Shown piece after piece: positions 26,075 to 37,109 of a DNA stretch of 63,278 nucleotides. Location: contig NC_069009.1 of the NCBI RefSeq assembly GCF_001194135.2, positions 11,178,485-11,241,762 on the forward strand, written 5' to 3'. The notes below the pieces were generated by a model. It did not search any database and had not been told where the DNA came from. It was given only the letters and a program-made list of their open reading frames with translations. Both the position numbers and the translations under genes were made by a program. Source of the DNA: Octopus bimaculoides. Lineage: Eukaryota. Every line of letters begins with the position of its first letter. Position 1 is the first letter of the stretch.

Positions 26075-26737
26075 GAAGAAGAAGAAGAGGAAGGAGAAGA
26101 GGAAGCGGTAGATGAAGACGAAGAAGAAGAAGAAGAAGAAGAAAAAGAAGAAGAAGAAGAAGAAGAAGAAGAAGAAGAAGAAGAAGAAGAAGAAGAAGAA
26201 GATGTTGCAGTAGTAGTAGTAGTATTAGTAGTAGTAGTAGTAGCATGAAAAGGAAAAGATTGTGCTGGAAGAAAATTTAGAAGAGGTGGCCTAAATGAAG
26301 ATCTAAGTGATAATGGCGTGGAGGGGTAGATTAAGTTGAAGTAAAACGAAGAAAAACATGTAAAACATGTTTGGATATTAGTGTATGAAACATCTGGTAC
26401 AAAATACGCACTAGAAGGGCTGTTCCATGAAGTTATTCAGCATCAGTCTAGAGGCAAACGCCGCACATATTATACACACATCTTAATACACTTGTATACA
26501 CCCATCCAGAAACAGAGTCATGTACATGCAATAGATGTTTCCCCTGAATTATCACGCTCCTATACTATATATTCCCCATCTTAAAAATGGGCTCAGATTC
26601 ACGTTCTCAAACATTCAAAGACAATAAAATGCATCTATAGGGAGACGGTTGTAGACCTTAAATTCAAGTATGGGAAGATATTACAGATTTAGAAAGATAT
26701 CTGCTATGAAATAGAATAAAAGATTGTTTCAACTTAC

Positions 26738-26809
26738 AGAATTGTTAAATTGGAAAGATTTTGGAAAGTTTCTGCTTTGATTTCCTCGATATGGTTACCA
26801 CTGAGATCC
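26738..26809 (-). CDS. LRR exon 14: DLSGNHIEEIKAETFQNLSNLTI
   Basis: tttttcAG, 72 nt, GTaagt; open. Confidence 0.93.
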
Positions 26810-27397
26810 CTGAAAAATAAAATTGAGTCAAAAAGAACATTTATGGAACAAATTTGTGACAATATTAAATATTATGGTTAAACAATGTGATAAAAGAAGA
26901 GATGCAAAGAAGATTACGATCGTGATCAACACCATGACGATCTTGGTGATGATGTCCGGTGAGGGGGCAGTGATGAATATAATGATGAGGCAGAACAGAT
27001 AAAAATATTGTGGAAGTCTTGATAATGAAGATGGTATGATGCTGATGATGGGGAGATGATGTTAATTTTCATTATTGTGATAACGATGCGGGTTCGCAGA
27101 TTTTGATGAGATGATGATGATGATAACGTTGGTGGTGATGTTTTCCGTTGGCAATGAAGATCAATTTGAAGATTGTGTATCTGCATAAGAAGAAGAATAG
27201 CAACGAGAAGAAAGAGGAAGAGCAAGACGATGTAGAAGGTGAAGAAAAAAGAAGAAAATGGAGGAAAGGAGACAGAAAAAGAACAGGAGTGAAAGACGGA
27301 GAATGTGAAGAAGAAGGAAAAGAGGAACATGATTTACAAGAAGTATATGAAGGAGAGGGTCCAAAAATAGAAGAGAGGATCCAAAAACAGAAGAGAG

Positions 27398-27433
<36 letters not shown>

Positions 27434-28385
27434 NNNNNNNNNNNNNNNNNNNNNNNNNNNNNNNNNNNNNNNNNNNNNNNNNNNNNNNNNNNNNNNNNNN
27501 NNNNNNNNNNNNNNNNNNNNNNNNNNNNNNNNNNNNNNNNNNNNNNNNNNNNNNNNNNNNNNNNNNNNNNNNNNNNNNNNNNNNNNNNNNNNNNNNNNNN
27601 NNNNNNNNNNNNNNNNNNNNNNNNNNNNNNNNNNNNNNNNNNNNNNNNNNTAGTTATTGTAGAAGAAGAAGAAGAAGAAGAAGAAGAAGAAGAAGAAGAA
27701 GAAGCAGCAGCAGCAGCAGAAGAAGAAGAAGAAGAAGAAGAAGAAGAAGAAGAAGAAGAAGAAGAAGAAGAAGAAGAAGAAGAAGAAGAAGAAGAAGAAG
27801 AAGCAGCAGCAGCAGAAGAAGAAGAAAATATAAATGTATATGCAAAGAGAGAGGAGAGAACGATATAGCAGGAAGTTTAGAGTGAGAGAGCGAGGTACAC
27901 AAATATATGTTCAAATTAAGATGGCTGAAACAACCAAACGTATTCCTATCAACGTGAATATCCGCTCGTCCACACTCGGACACATTCATAAAGGCCAAAA
28001 GGAGAATAAGAAAGATTTGAGAGAGAACGTAAGGAGTATGAAAATAAAATTTGTAAATCTTATCAGAAAATTGGATCAAGCTGAAAAAGAATGTGAATGC
28101 GAGAAGAGAAAATAATAAAACAATAAAAAGAGAGATGAATAAGAATGAGAAGAAAAAGAAGTAGAGGGAGAGGAAGGCAAGTAGTAGAAGGAGAAGAAGG
28201 AAAAGAAAAACAATAACAACAAAAACAACTACAGCAACAACCATCAGCGCTAATAGTACATGAATAGATATCTAAGATGATAATCNNNNNNNNNNNNNNN
28301 NNNNNNNNNNNNNNNNNNNNNNNNNNNNNNNNNNNNNNNNNNNNNNNNNNNNNNNNNNNNNNNNNNNNNNNNNNNNNNNNNNNNN

Positions 28386-28669
28386 CAAGCTCCCTACTCT
28401 CTCGACTTGGTAACGTGTGACTTCTGGCTCTTTCCCAAACTGGAAATTATGATGAAAGGGAAGTGAGAGGAAATTATGAGGAAAGCGATTGCGGCGCTCC
28501 ATAATACTCTCTCGAAGGCATCCCAGAAGTGTTACCAACCGCCACAGTCCCCTGAAACAAGTGTGTGCAGTCCTAAGTGGAGTATGTTGAAGATGATTAA
28601 ATAAAATTTGTGAAATGTACAAAACTGTTTTATTTTATGCCCAAAGAATGATTTTTTTAACACACCCCG
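28386..28669 (+). mobile_element. Mariner remnant right end, paralogue of about 9220-9489
   Basis: gctccctactctctcgacttggtaacgtgtgacttctggctctttcccaaactg matches 9220-9275, and both copies share the same downstream flank (atttccgagc). Confidence 0.8.
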
Positions 28670-28856
28670 TATTTCCGAGCATGTATAACATTCGATCAAA
28701 CCAACCTTCATGCTATTTCAACACAGATGTTACAACAACAAAACACAATACCCGGAAATAATCATGTTGACTCATTAAAATTTAAACAACTCATCGTTAT
28801 TAATTGCCAACTGTATTACAAAGTTTTTCTAATAAATAAATATTTGTTGTACATAC

Positions 28857-28928
28857 ATGTAATTAATACTGGGAAGGAATAAGAACACGCCATCCTCAAA
28901 GTTTTGTATTCGGTTGTTGCGCAAAGAT
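28857..28928 (-). CDS. LRR exon 13 (penultimate type): SLRNNRIQNFEDGVFLFLPSINY
   Basis: ttcttccAG, 72 nt, GTatgt; 17/23 aa identical to exon 22. Confidence 0.88.
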
Positions 28929-29725
28929 CTGGAAGAAAGGAACAAATATGTTATAAGTTAAAATACAGTTAATATATGTATTCTTTGATTCGTATATTGA
29001 CTGAACTAAGACAATAAATACTGATGCTCACAGTAAGGTTTGTCTCTTATTTCTTATGATTTTTCTGTCTGTGTAGTTTGAACTGGAGAACTTTCATCAA
29101 TCTAACTTAGATATCCTAAACGAAAATATTCTGTAACACCCGAGCAACAAAGGATGGGAGATGATAAGCTATGAGACTTTGTTGTGTCCACGATATGAGT
29201 TTTACATAACATTCTCTTCTAATGTACAAACATATTTCTTCACTGGTAATATAATGTCAATATATACTTCACTGGCAGCATTGCAAGAAAAAGAAATCAT
29301 ACATAATTAAAACACTTCTCTTCAGAACCACTTTAACGGCAATATTCAAAGTAGATATAAGAATTAAAGTTGATTTTTACACTGTTGCAGAACATATATA
29401 TATATTACAGTCTGTCATACCGGCCATGATGAAATACCACAAGGTATAGAAAATACGTATTCGCCTTTATATATTTAATCCTTCATATTGAACACTCAAT
29501 ATTTCATATATTCAATAAGACATATTCCATACATTCAATAAGACATTCAATACTTCATTAACATTGTACCATCCATTTTTATATTATATATGATATATTC
29601 CATATTCTATATCTCACATTAATTTTACAAGAATATAAATAAAACAGAGTTGGAACTCTTTTAAATAAAATAATATATTCCTCTATACACGATCATACAA
29701 AACCCTTTTTTTGTATTTATTTTTA

Positions 29726-29768
<43 letters not shown>

Positions 29769-30974
29769 TTCATAGTATCAGTCCATAAACTGTTGGATTG
29801 TATTTCATGGGAAATAATACTTTAATGTCTTATTTAAACACTAGAAAATTGTAAAATCTAGTAAGTACTATGTAGTAACATACAGTATCGTAAAGTACAC
29901 TAGTTATACATGATACATTCATTGATTCTGAATACCAACTTGTCAAAAACACTGTCAAATTAAGTTCTAATTACACGATATACAATACTGCAACTGGTCA
30001 AATACTTTATGGCATTCGCTTAATGACAAACGTATACATCACGTAGAACTAAGTAATGTCAACATTGTTTCATTAATGTGTATTCTTTCAAACGCCTTGA
30101 ATAAATAGTGAATCTCTTAATGTGGCAACCACTACATAATATATATTCCATTACTATCAAATGTTCAGGCTGAGGGGAAAATCTGGTAATATTACAGTCC
30201 CATACCCATTGAGGCACTTCACAACAGATTAAAAACATTTACATTTTCAATTGAGACTAGTCAAAGATGGCTGATTTAAAAGCTATTTAAATAATGACGG
30301 CGGTAAATTCAAGATGTCCACATTTGAAAAGTCCAGCTGTTATTTCAATACCCAGTAACAACACTGTAGTAGCTGTGTAAGGCAACTTCTTACTGGAAAA
30401 AAAAAACTATGTTGCATGCTATTAAACAGGGTTTTTTCTCGGAATGTAATCAATTACTTTTTGGCAATGAGACTCATGTCATTCTCAACTGTTAGGAAAG
30501 AGTAATACTTGTAATATTTAGAATCTCCTCTGCATCATCCATTCTCGATATACTTTTTAACACTTTGGGATATTTGCTGATGTTTGACAAAAGCTTTGAT
30601 AGAATTATAAGAAAGCCATCCTTGTCCCACCCTTATGTGAATATATCAGGTTCGCTTATTTGCACATTCCCTTGTGGGTAATTAAAAACATTTGGGAATT
30701 GTTTGTTGAATATTTCGTTTATCCTAGACAGAAGAAGCTGTAGTGCACTCAGGTAGACACTTTTGAAATCTGTAGAAGTCATAAGCGTTCTTTTTTTTTA
30801 CATTTTCATCTGCCCAGGTTTCACTTTTCGGTTTCTTTTTTTTTGTTTCTGCATAGCAGAGTCTGAGTGTATTTTCGATCTCAATTCGGTTAAAAACACA
30901 GTTGCTGAAGAGTAGCTGATGATGAAAATGAAGATGATAGAAATAATTACAATGATATGATGGTGATGGTGGTC

Positions 30975-32222
30975 CGATTGTACCTTTTTTTTAATTGAAT
31001 GAAATTTAATAGTATTTTAGAAAGTCTAATGGAATTAAAAATTTATCTTAATGCATTTGTGTACATAAACTAATTACATTTTATGTTACAGAATAACAGA
31101 AATAAAATTTCTTTGATTGAACCCCTTTCTAACATAGAAGTATCCAAAGAGCATTTACGGCATATAATGCTTTATGAGTGCAAAAAAGAAACTCTGCAGC
31201 CGAAGCGACTCGAAACATACTCTCAGTTTATGGGAAAGAATGCTTGAATGAAAGAACTTGCAGAAGATGGTTTGCAAAATTCAGAAGTGGAGATTTCAGC
31301 CTTGAACAGGACGTGCAGTTGAGTTAGATGATTAGCTCCTTGTGGCATTACTTGAAGAAAATCCTGGATTATCAGTTGACGAATTGGCAATAAAGCTTAG
31401 TCCGAACCATACAACGGTTCATCATCATCTTCAACAACTTGGAAAATTCCTAAACTTGGAAAATGGGTGCCTCATGAATTGTCCGAAAGCAACCTCAAAT
31501 CCCGAGTTGACATCCGCTCTTCTCTCCATTCCCGCGAACTAAGTTCACCATTTCTGGATAGACTTATAACTGTTGACGAAAAATGGACCTTCTATCGAAA
31601 TGTTAAACGTCGTAAACATTGGCTTGGTAAAAGGGAAACGCTCAACCACAACCGAGAAGGAAACTTCATGGGAAAAGGGTTCTTCTCTCTATCTCGTGGG
31701 ATTGCAAAGGCGTAATTCCCTTTGAATTGTTACCACCTAATGCAACAATCAATTCACAAGTCTACTGTCAGCAATTAGAGCGTTTGAACCAAGCTTTGAA
31801 GAAAAGAAACCCACTTTAGTGAATCGAAAAGGAGTGATGTTTCATCAGGACAATGCGTGACCCCACACTACAAAGATCACATACAGAAGATCGAAGAACT
31901 TGGTTGGGCAAAAATTCCTCATCCACCTTACTCTCCCGACCTTGCTCCTTCAGACTAACATTTGTTTCGTAGTTTACAGAATCATTTGGGGCACATAACT
32001 TTCACAAGCCATGAGGAGGTCGAAACTGACATTTCAGAGTTCTTCGCTTTGAAACCAAAAGACTTTTACATTGATGGCATTAAAAAGCTTGTAGATAGAT
32101 GGAAGGAAGTCAGAGATAATCAGAGAAAGTACATTGATGATTAAATTTCAATTAAATTCAACATTTGATCGCTTGTTTTCTTCATTCAAAATTCGGACAG
32201 AACTTATTATTGGATGACCTGA
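30975..32222 (+). mobile_element. Mariner element with disrupted transposase and a degraded left end
   Basis: Motifs WVPHEL, TVDEKW, HQDNA and HPPYSPDLAPSD. Right TIR ttcggacagaacttattattggatgacctga followed by TA. Confidence 0.9.
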
Positions 32223-32514
32223 TAGAAGAAAGAAATTGTGATGACAAGGAAGAAGATAAGAAAAAGAAGAGAAGGAAGAAAAAAGAGATTAAAAGGCAAA
32301 ATAAGAAGGAAAAGTAAATAGAAGAGAAGAATAAAGAATTGAAAAAGAAAAGGAAGACGGAGATGAAGAAGAAAAGAAGAGGAAGTGAAGATGAAAAAGA
32401 AGAGAAGAAGAAAGGGTTGATGAAGAAAGAAAAGAGGAAGAAATATATAAGGAATTAAAAAGTGAAGTTTTGAAGAATGAGAGAAATACTATAAACAAGA
32501 GCGTTTCAACTTAC

Positions 32515-32586
32515 AGTGTTCTTAAACTAGAAAGATTTTGGAAGGTTTCTGCTTTGATTCCTTTGATATAATTACGATTCAAATCT
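32515..32586 (-). CDS. LRR exon 12: DLNRNYIKGIKAETFQNLSSLRT
   Basis: tttccAG, 72 nt, GTaagt; open. Confidence 0.93.
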
Positions 32587-32874
32587 CTGGAAATAAAATG
32601 TAGCTAAGAAGAACTTAGGTGGAAAATACATGTGACAGAATACATATATTATGGCTAAACAAAACAATTAACTGAAGTAAAACATGGCAAATTGATCACG
32701 ATATTGATAAAGTTGATGATGATGAGGAGGTGGATTATGATGATGATAATGGCAATCACTAACACTGACTGATTCCTCCTGGGAAGGAATGAGAATATCG
32801 ATAGAGAGCGGTAAAAGGAATACACATCGTAATATCTTCACTGAAGCACTAGCAACAAAACTGACCCAACTTAC

Positions 32875-32946
32875 AGAGATGTCAAACTGAAAAGAGGGCG
32901 AAACATTCCTGATTCTGTTTCCTTGATATCATTATTAGCTAATTTC
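32875..32946 (-). CDS. LRR exon 11: KLANNDIKETESGMFRPLFSLTS
   Basis: tttacAG, 72 nt, GTaagt; open. Confidence 0.9.
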
Positions 32947-34057
32947 CTGTAAAATATAATTGAGATGAGAAGAAAGTGAGTGGAATACATTTCTGATAAA
33001 TTATCACAAATTATAGCTAAAAAATTCAATGATGGAAGAAAAGGTAACTAGATAACGACGATAATTATGTTAATTGCACTGCATATGATGGTGGTGTTAT
33101 TAGTGATGACCATCGTGATAAAGCAAAGAATTAAGTAAATGACGGTAGTGTTGGAGATGATGGTATGATGTTGATCATCCTGATGATGACGCTGATAATG
33201 ATGTGGATTAGGATGTTTATGATGATGTTGATTATGATATTGAGGATGTTGGTGGTGATGTTTCTGTTGCCGATAAGGATGATGTTGAAGAGGATTTAGA
33301 AGTGGATGCACATGACAGTGGAGTTTTCATGTTGATGAATGTCAATGAAGAAGGAGAGGATGATGGAAATTGACGATGTTGATTGTTGAAATAAGAAAAC
33401 AATGATGACGACCATGATGACGATGCTGAGGAGGAGGCGGAGGATGGCGTCGATTATGTTGAGGGTGGTGATGGCGGTGATGCTGATGATTTAAACAACT
33501 CAAGTATGAAGTTGAACAGAAGATTCAATAGAAATAATTGAATGAATGTGTGTAAAAAATATGGAATATGAAGGACAAAATATGCTTTCATACAAGAAAA
33601 ACAAGAGAATACCGAAGAGAAAGAGGAAAAAAAAGAAGAAGAAGTGGAAGAAGAAGAAGAAGAAGAAGAAGAAGAAGAAGAAGAAGAAGAAGAAGAAGAA
33701 GAAGAAGAAGAAGAAGGGGCAAAGGAAGAATTATGAAGTGATAAACGAAGAAGAGGGAGAAGAAGAAAAACAAGAAGGAAGAGAAGGGAATAATAATAAA
33801 AGAAGAAACCTCCCTAATTAACAAAAATTCTGATGACTAAATTTAATTTGGAGAAAAAATGAACACTTAGTTTTTTTTTACGATGGCCGAAAGCTTGTGC
33901 ACTCGGAGAAAATAAAGAAGAAAAACGAAAGTATCAAACAAAATTAGTAACAGTTTAAAGTGCTGCAATCGTTCAAACCTAATTACAAGCAGGTGTTGAT
34001 ACACTCGCATACATTCATCTAGATACAAACACCATGAAGAAGACTGAACCAACTTAC

Positions 34058-34129
34058 AGATAATTTAAACTTGAAAGATTGCGGAAGATTCCTGCATTGA
34101 TTTCCACGATATCGTTACCAGATAAATCC
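34058..34129 (-). CDS. LRR exon 10: DLSGNDIVEINAGIFRNLSSLNY
   Basis: tttacAG, 72 nt, GTaagt; open. Confidence 0.93.
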
Positions 34130-34717
34130 CTGTAAATTAAAATTGATATGAGAAGAAATTGAGTGGCCTACATTTGCGATAATTTATCACAAATTGTGGC
34201 TAAATAATTAAATGATGAAAAATAGGTAAATAGATGACTCCGATGATTATGCTAAAAGTGATGAGTATAATGATGGTGGTATTAATGACGAATATGATGA
34301 TGTTGATGAAGATATGATGCTGAGCATGGCGATGGCGATTCTGATGGTCATGGGTTTTTATGTTGATGAAGGATGTCGACGATGAAGAGGCCGATGTAAT
34401 TGACGATGTCGAGAAAGGATTATAATTACAATGAGAATTATGGCAACGGGGATGGCGCGGATGATGGCGTGGATTACGTTGAGGGTGGAGAGGTGGTGAT
34501 GTAATAATAGGAATATTAATATGAATAGAAACATTGATGACGATGAATGAATGGAATTACGTAACATGGAATTTAAAGGAAAAAAGTAGCAGCTAAAACG
34601 GATGTAACACAAGATAATGCCGAAAAGAAAGAATAATTAGAAGAAAAGGGTGAAGAGGGAGAAAAAAATGAGAAGATAAAAAAAGATGAAGGGAAAGAAG
34701 AAGAAGAAGAAGAAGAA

Positions 34718-34764
<47 letters not shown>

Positions 34765-34895
34765 AGAAGAAGAAGAAGAAGAAGAAGAGAAAATAGGGAT
34801 TTGAAGCTGGAAACTCATGGTACAATCCTTATTGTTTGTTATTAGGTTTTAAGTTGCAAAGTTTTCATTTAGGCCTTTTGTAAGTAAATTAGTGT

Positions 34896-35260
34896 GGAGG
34901 CGCAATGGCCCAGTGGTCAGGGCAGAGTACTTGCGGTCATAGGATCGCGGTTTCGATTCCCAGACCGGGCGTTGTGAGTGTTTATTTTGCGAAAACACAT
35001 AAAGCTCCACGCGGTTCCGGCAGGGGATGGTGGCGAAACCTGCTGTACTCTTTCACCACAACTTTCTCTCACTGTAACTTCCTGTATCTGTTGTGCCTGT
35101 AATTCAAAGGGTCAGCCTTGTCACGCTGTGTCACTCCGAATATCCCCGAGAACTACGTTAAGAGTACCAGTGTCTGTGGAGTGCTCAGCTACTTGCACGT
35201 TAATTTCACGAGTTGGCTGTTCCTCGACGTCGTAAGCTATGGAGTGCCAACAACAACAAC
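34896..35260 (+). mobile_element. tRNA-derived SINE
   Basis: Pol III A box tggcccagtgg, B-box-like ggtttcgattccc and a (caa)n tail; a second copy lies inverted at 55311-55696. Confidence 0.88.
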
Positions 35261-35469
35261 AAATATATTAGTAGGTTAGATTTTATCGTTTAACTTTTGT
35301 TGGTCACTCGTTTACTGTATGTATTTATAAATGGAATAGTATCCCCTTTAATTTTTTCGTAAGCGTCCTCCGTCGTACGATTTCCACTTTCAATACTTTC
35401 ATAATTATGTTGTTTAGTAATTTTGATGGAGAATTCTGTTTTCTTTAGGAAGACTTTAATTCATTAAGT

Positions 35470-35760
35470 GGAATTTGACGTATTTTAGGGTCAAACACTA
35501 TTGAGCAAATACATCTTGCCATAGTATATGAAAAGTAATGTTTGATGTGTGTAAGGCAGGGTGTCTATTTTTGTAATACATTGTTGTTGCTGTGGTGCTG
35601 CATGGTTTTGCATTAATGTTTAAGAACGGTATGCCATTATGGCTGTTATTTGTCAAGAACAGGATAGAGGGACGATGGGTTTTTAGAACGATATTGAACA
35701 CTTGCAGATCATCATTTGATTTCTATGGCAAAGTAGAGCAGCTATTTTCAAGTTCTTGTA
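35470..35760 (-). mobile_element. Possible Penelope-like reverse transcriptase C-terminal remnant
   Basis: GIPFLNI......TTTMYYK resembles the LPFLD....T.VYRK motif, and the next frame gives a C.IV.D...R....L.ELK-like segment. Heavily decayed. Confidence 0.4.
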
Positions 35761-36070
35761 AATATATAATAATTCTAGTGAAACATATTCACTGATTTCA
35801 AAAATAGAAATTATACATTTCTAAGTCTCTCAGAGAGATTTATGCAGTAGTGATGCGATAAAGTAGTTGTATGCTGTCAACGTAATGTGACAGTCCCATG
35901 AAGGGAATAATACTACTGTTATATAGCCATAGGAAGCAGCACCGTGCCTTAATTCGAATATCCTATGAAGAGGAAGAGTTTTATTTTCGCAATTATTTAT
36001 AGAGTTTTGGCAATAGATGCAGAAAGGGACGTAAGATTTATTATGTCATGCTATGCATTATATATATATA

Positions 36071-36160
<90 letters not shown>

Positions 36161-36675
36161 TGTGTGTAAAACAAACTAACATTTTTTATATGCTTCGAAA
36201 TGTGTATTGTAAGATACAAATAAAATGAAGATTTATTTTCGAACGCATATATGGAAGGGATGTGGTTCGAGTGCATGGCTGTTTCTTGACAATTTTTCTG
36301 CTTTGTAAGGATAATCTACTCTATATATCTACTATTCCAACGGCGTTTCTGCGTTCCAAAATAAATCATCAGGATGTTACACAGATTAATGTAACCATAC
36401 CATTGGTGTTGCAATATTATGCAAACCATCTGGAAAAAAGTTTTATCGAAGGCGATTCACAGAAAACTAGATTTCACCCCTAAACTATTAGCGTGGTTCT
36501 GGGTGTATATCCCAAATCTCAAGAATGGGGCCACGCTCAAAAACAGAGATTGAGAAACAATAAAACAGCTTTGGAAAGACGGATGTGAGCTCTAAAAATA
36601 AAGTATGGGAAGATACTACGTATATAGAATTATATCGTCTATGAAATACACTAAAAGAAGACTGATTCAACTTAC

Positions 36676-36747
36676 AGAGTTGTTAAGCTGGAAAGATCCT
36701 GGAAGGTTCCTGGTTTGATTTCGTTGATATTATTACCGGGCAAATAC
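36676..36747 (-). CDS. LRR exon 9: YLPGNNINEIKPGTFQDLSSLTT
   Basis: tttacAG, 72 nt, GTaagt; open. Confidence 0.93.
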
Positions 36748-36866
36748 CTGTAAAATAAAGATGTTTAAAGACGAATATTCATGGAACAGATTTGTGAGAG
36801 AATATTGATATTATGGCTAAACAATTAGATAATGGAAGTAGATTAGAATGAAGAAGATGCTGCTGC

Positions 36867-36897
<31 letters not shown>

Positions 36898-37109
36898 AAT
36901 TAGTTGGTGACGGGCAGTGTTCAACACTCACTCAAATTATTACAAGTTGTATATTTTTTTAGTTTATGAGGACAAAATTATTATCTTGTTTTTTATGTTG
37001 GAAACATTTACTATCAGCCATGATAAAGTTGCAAAATCGGCACCACGTCGTTTTACAAGTTCTCTTCAAGGAAACGAAAACTGCCACAAATGCATTTACA
37101 CCGAATTCG

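Noticed and set aside
27654-28244. Minus-strand ORF containing a signal-peptide-like stretch (VLSQIFLILLLAFMNVSEC) followed by an LRR-like phrase (DIHVDRNTFGCFSHL), considered as a leader exon for a second gene.
   Set aside because: There is no Met directly before the hydrophobic stretch and no GT donor at the LRR phase position, and the rest of the ORF is microsatellite-derived. Part of it resembles a decayed intron module. Revisit if the gap is closed.
34896-34975. tRNA-like sequence with A and B boxes (also 55620-55696).
   Set aside because: It is the head of a SINE and continues into a shared body and (caa)n tail, so it is not a tRNA gene.
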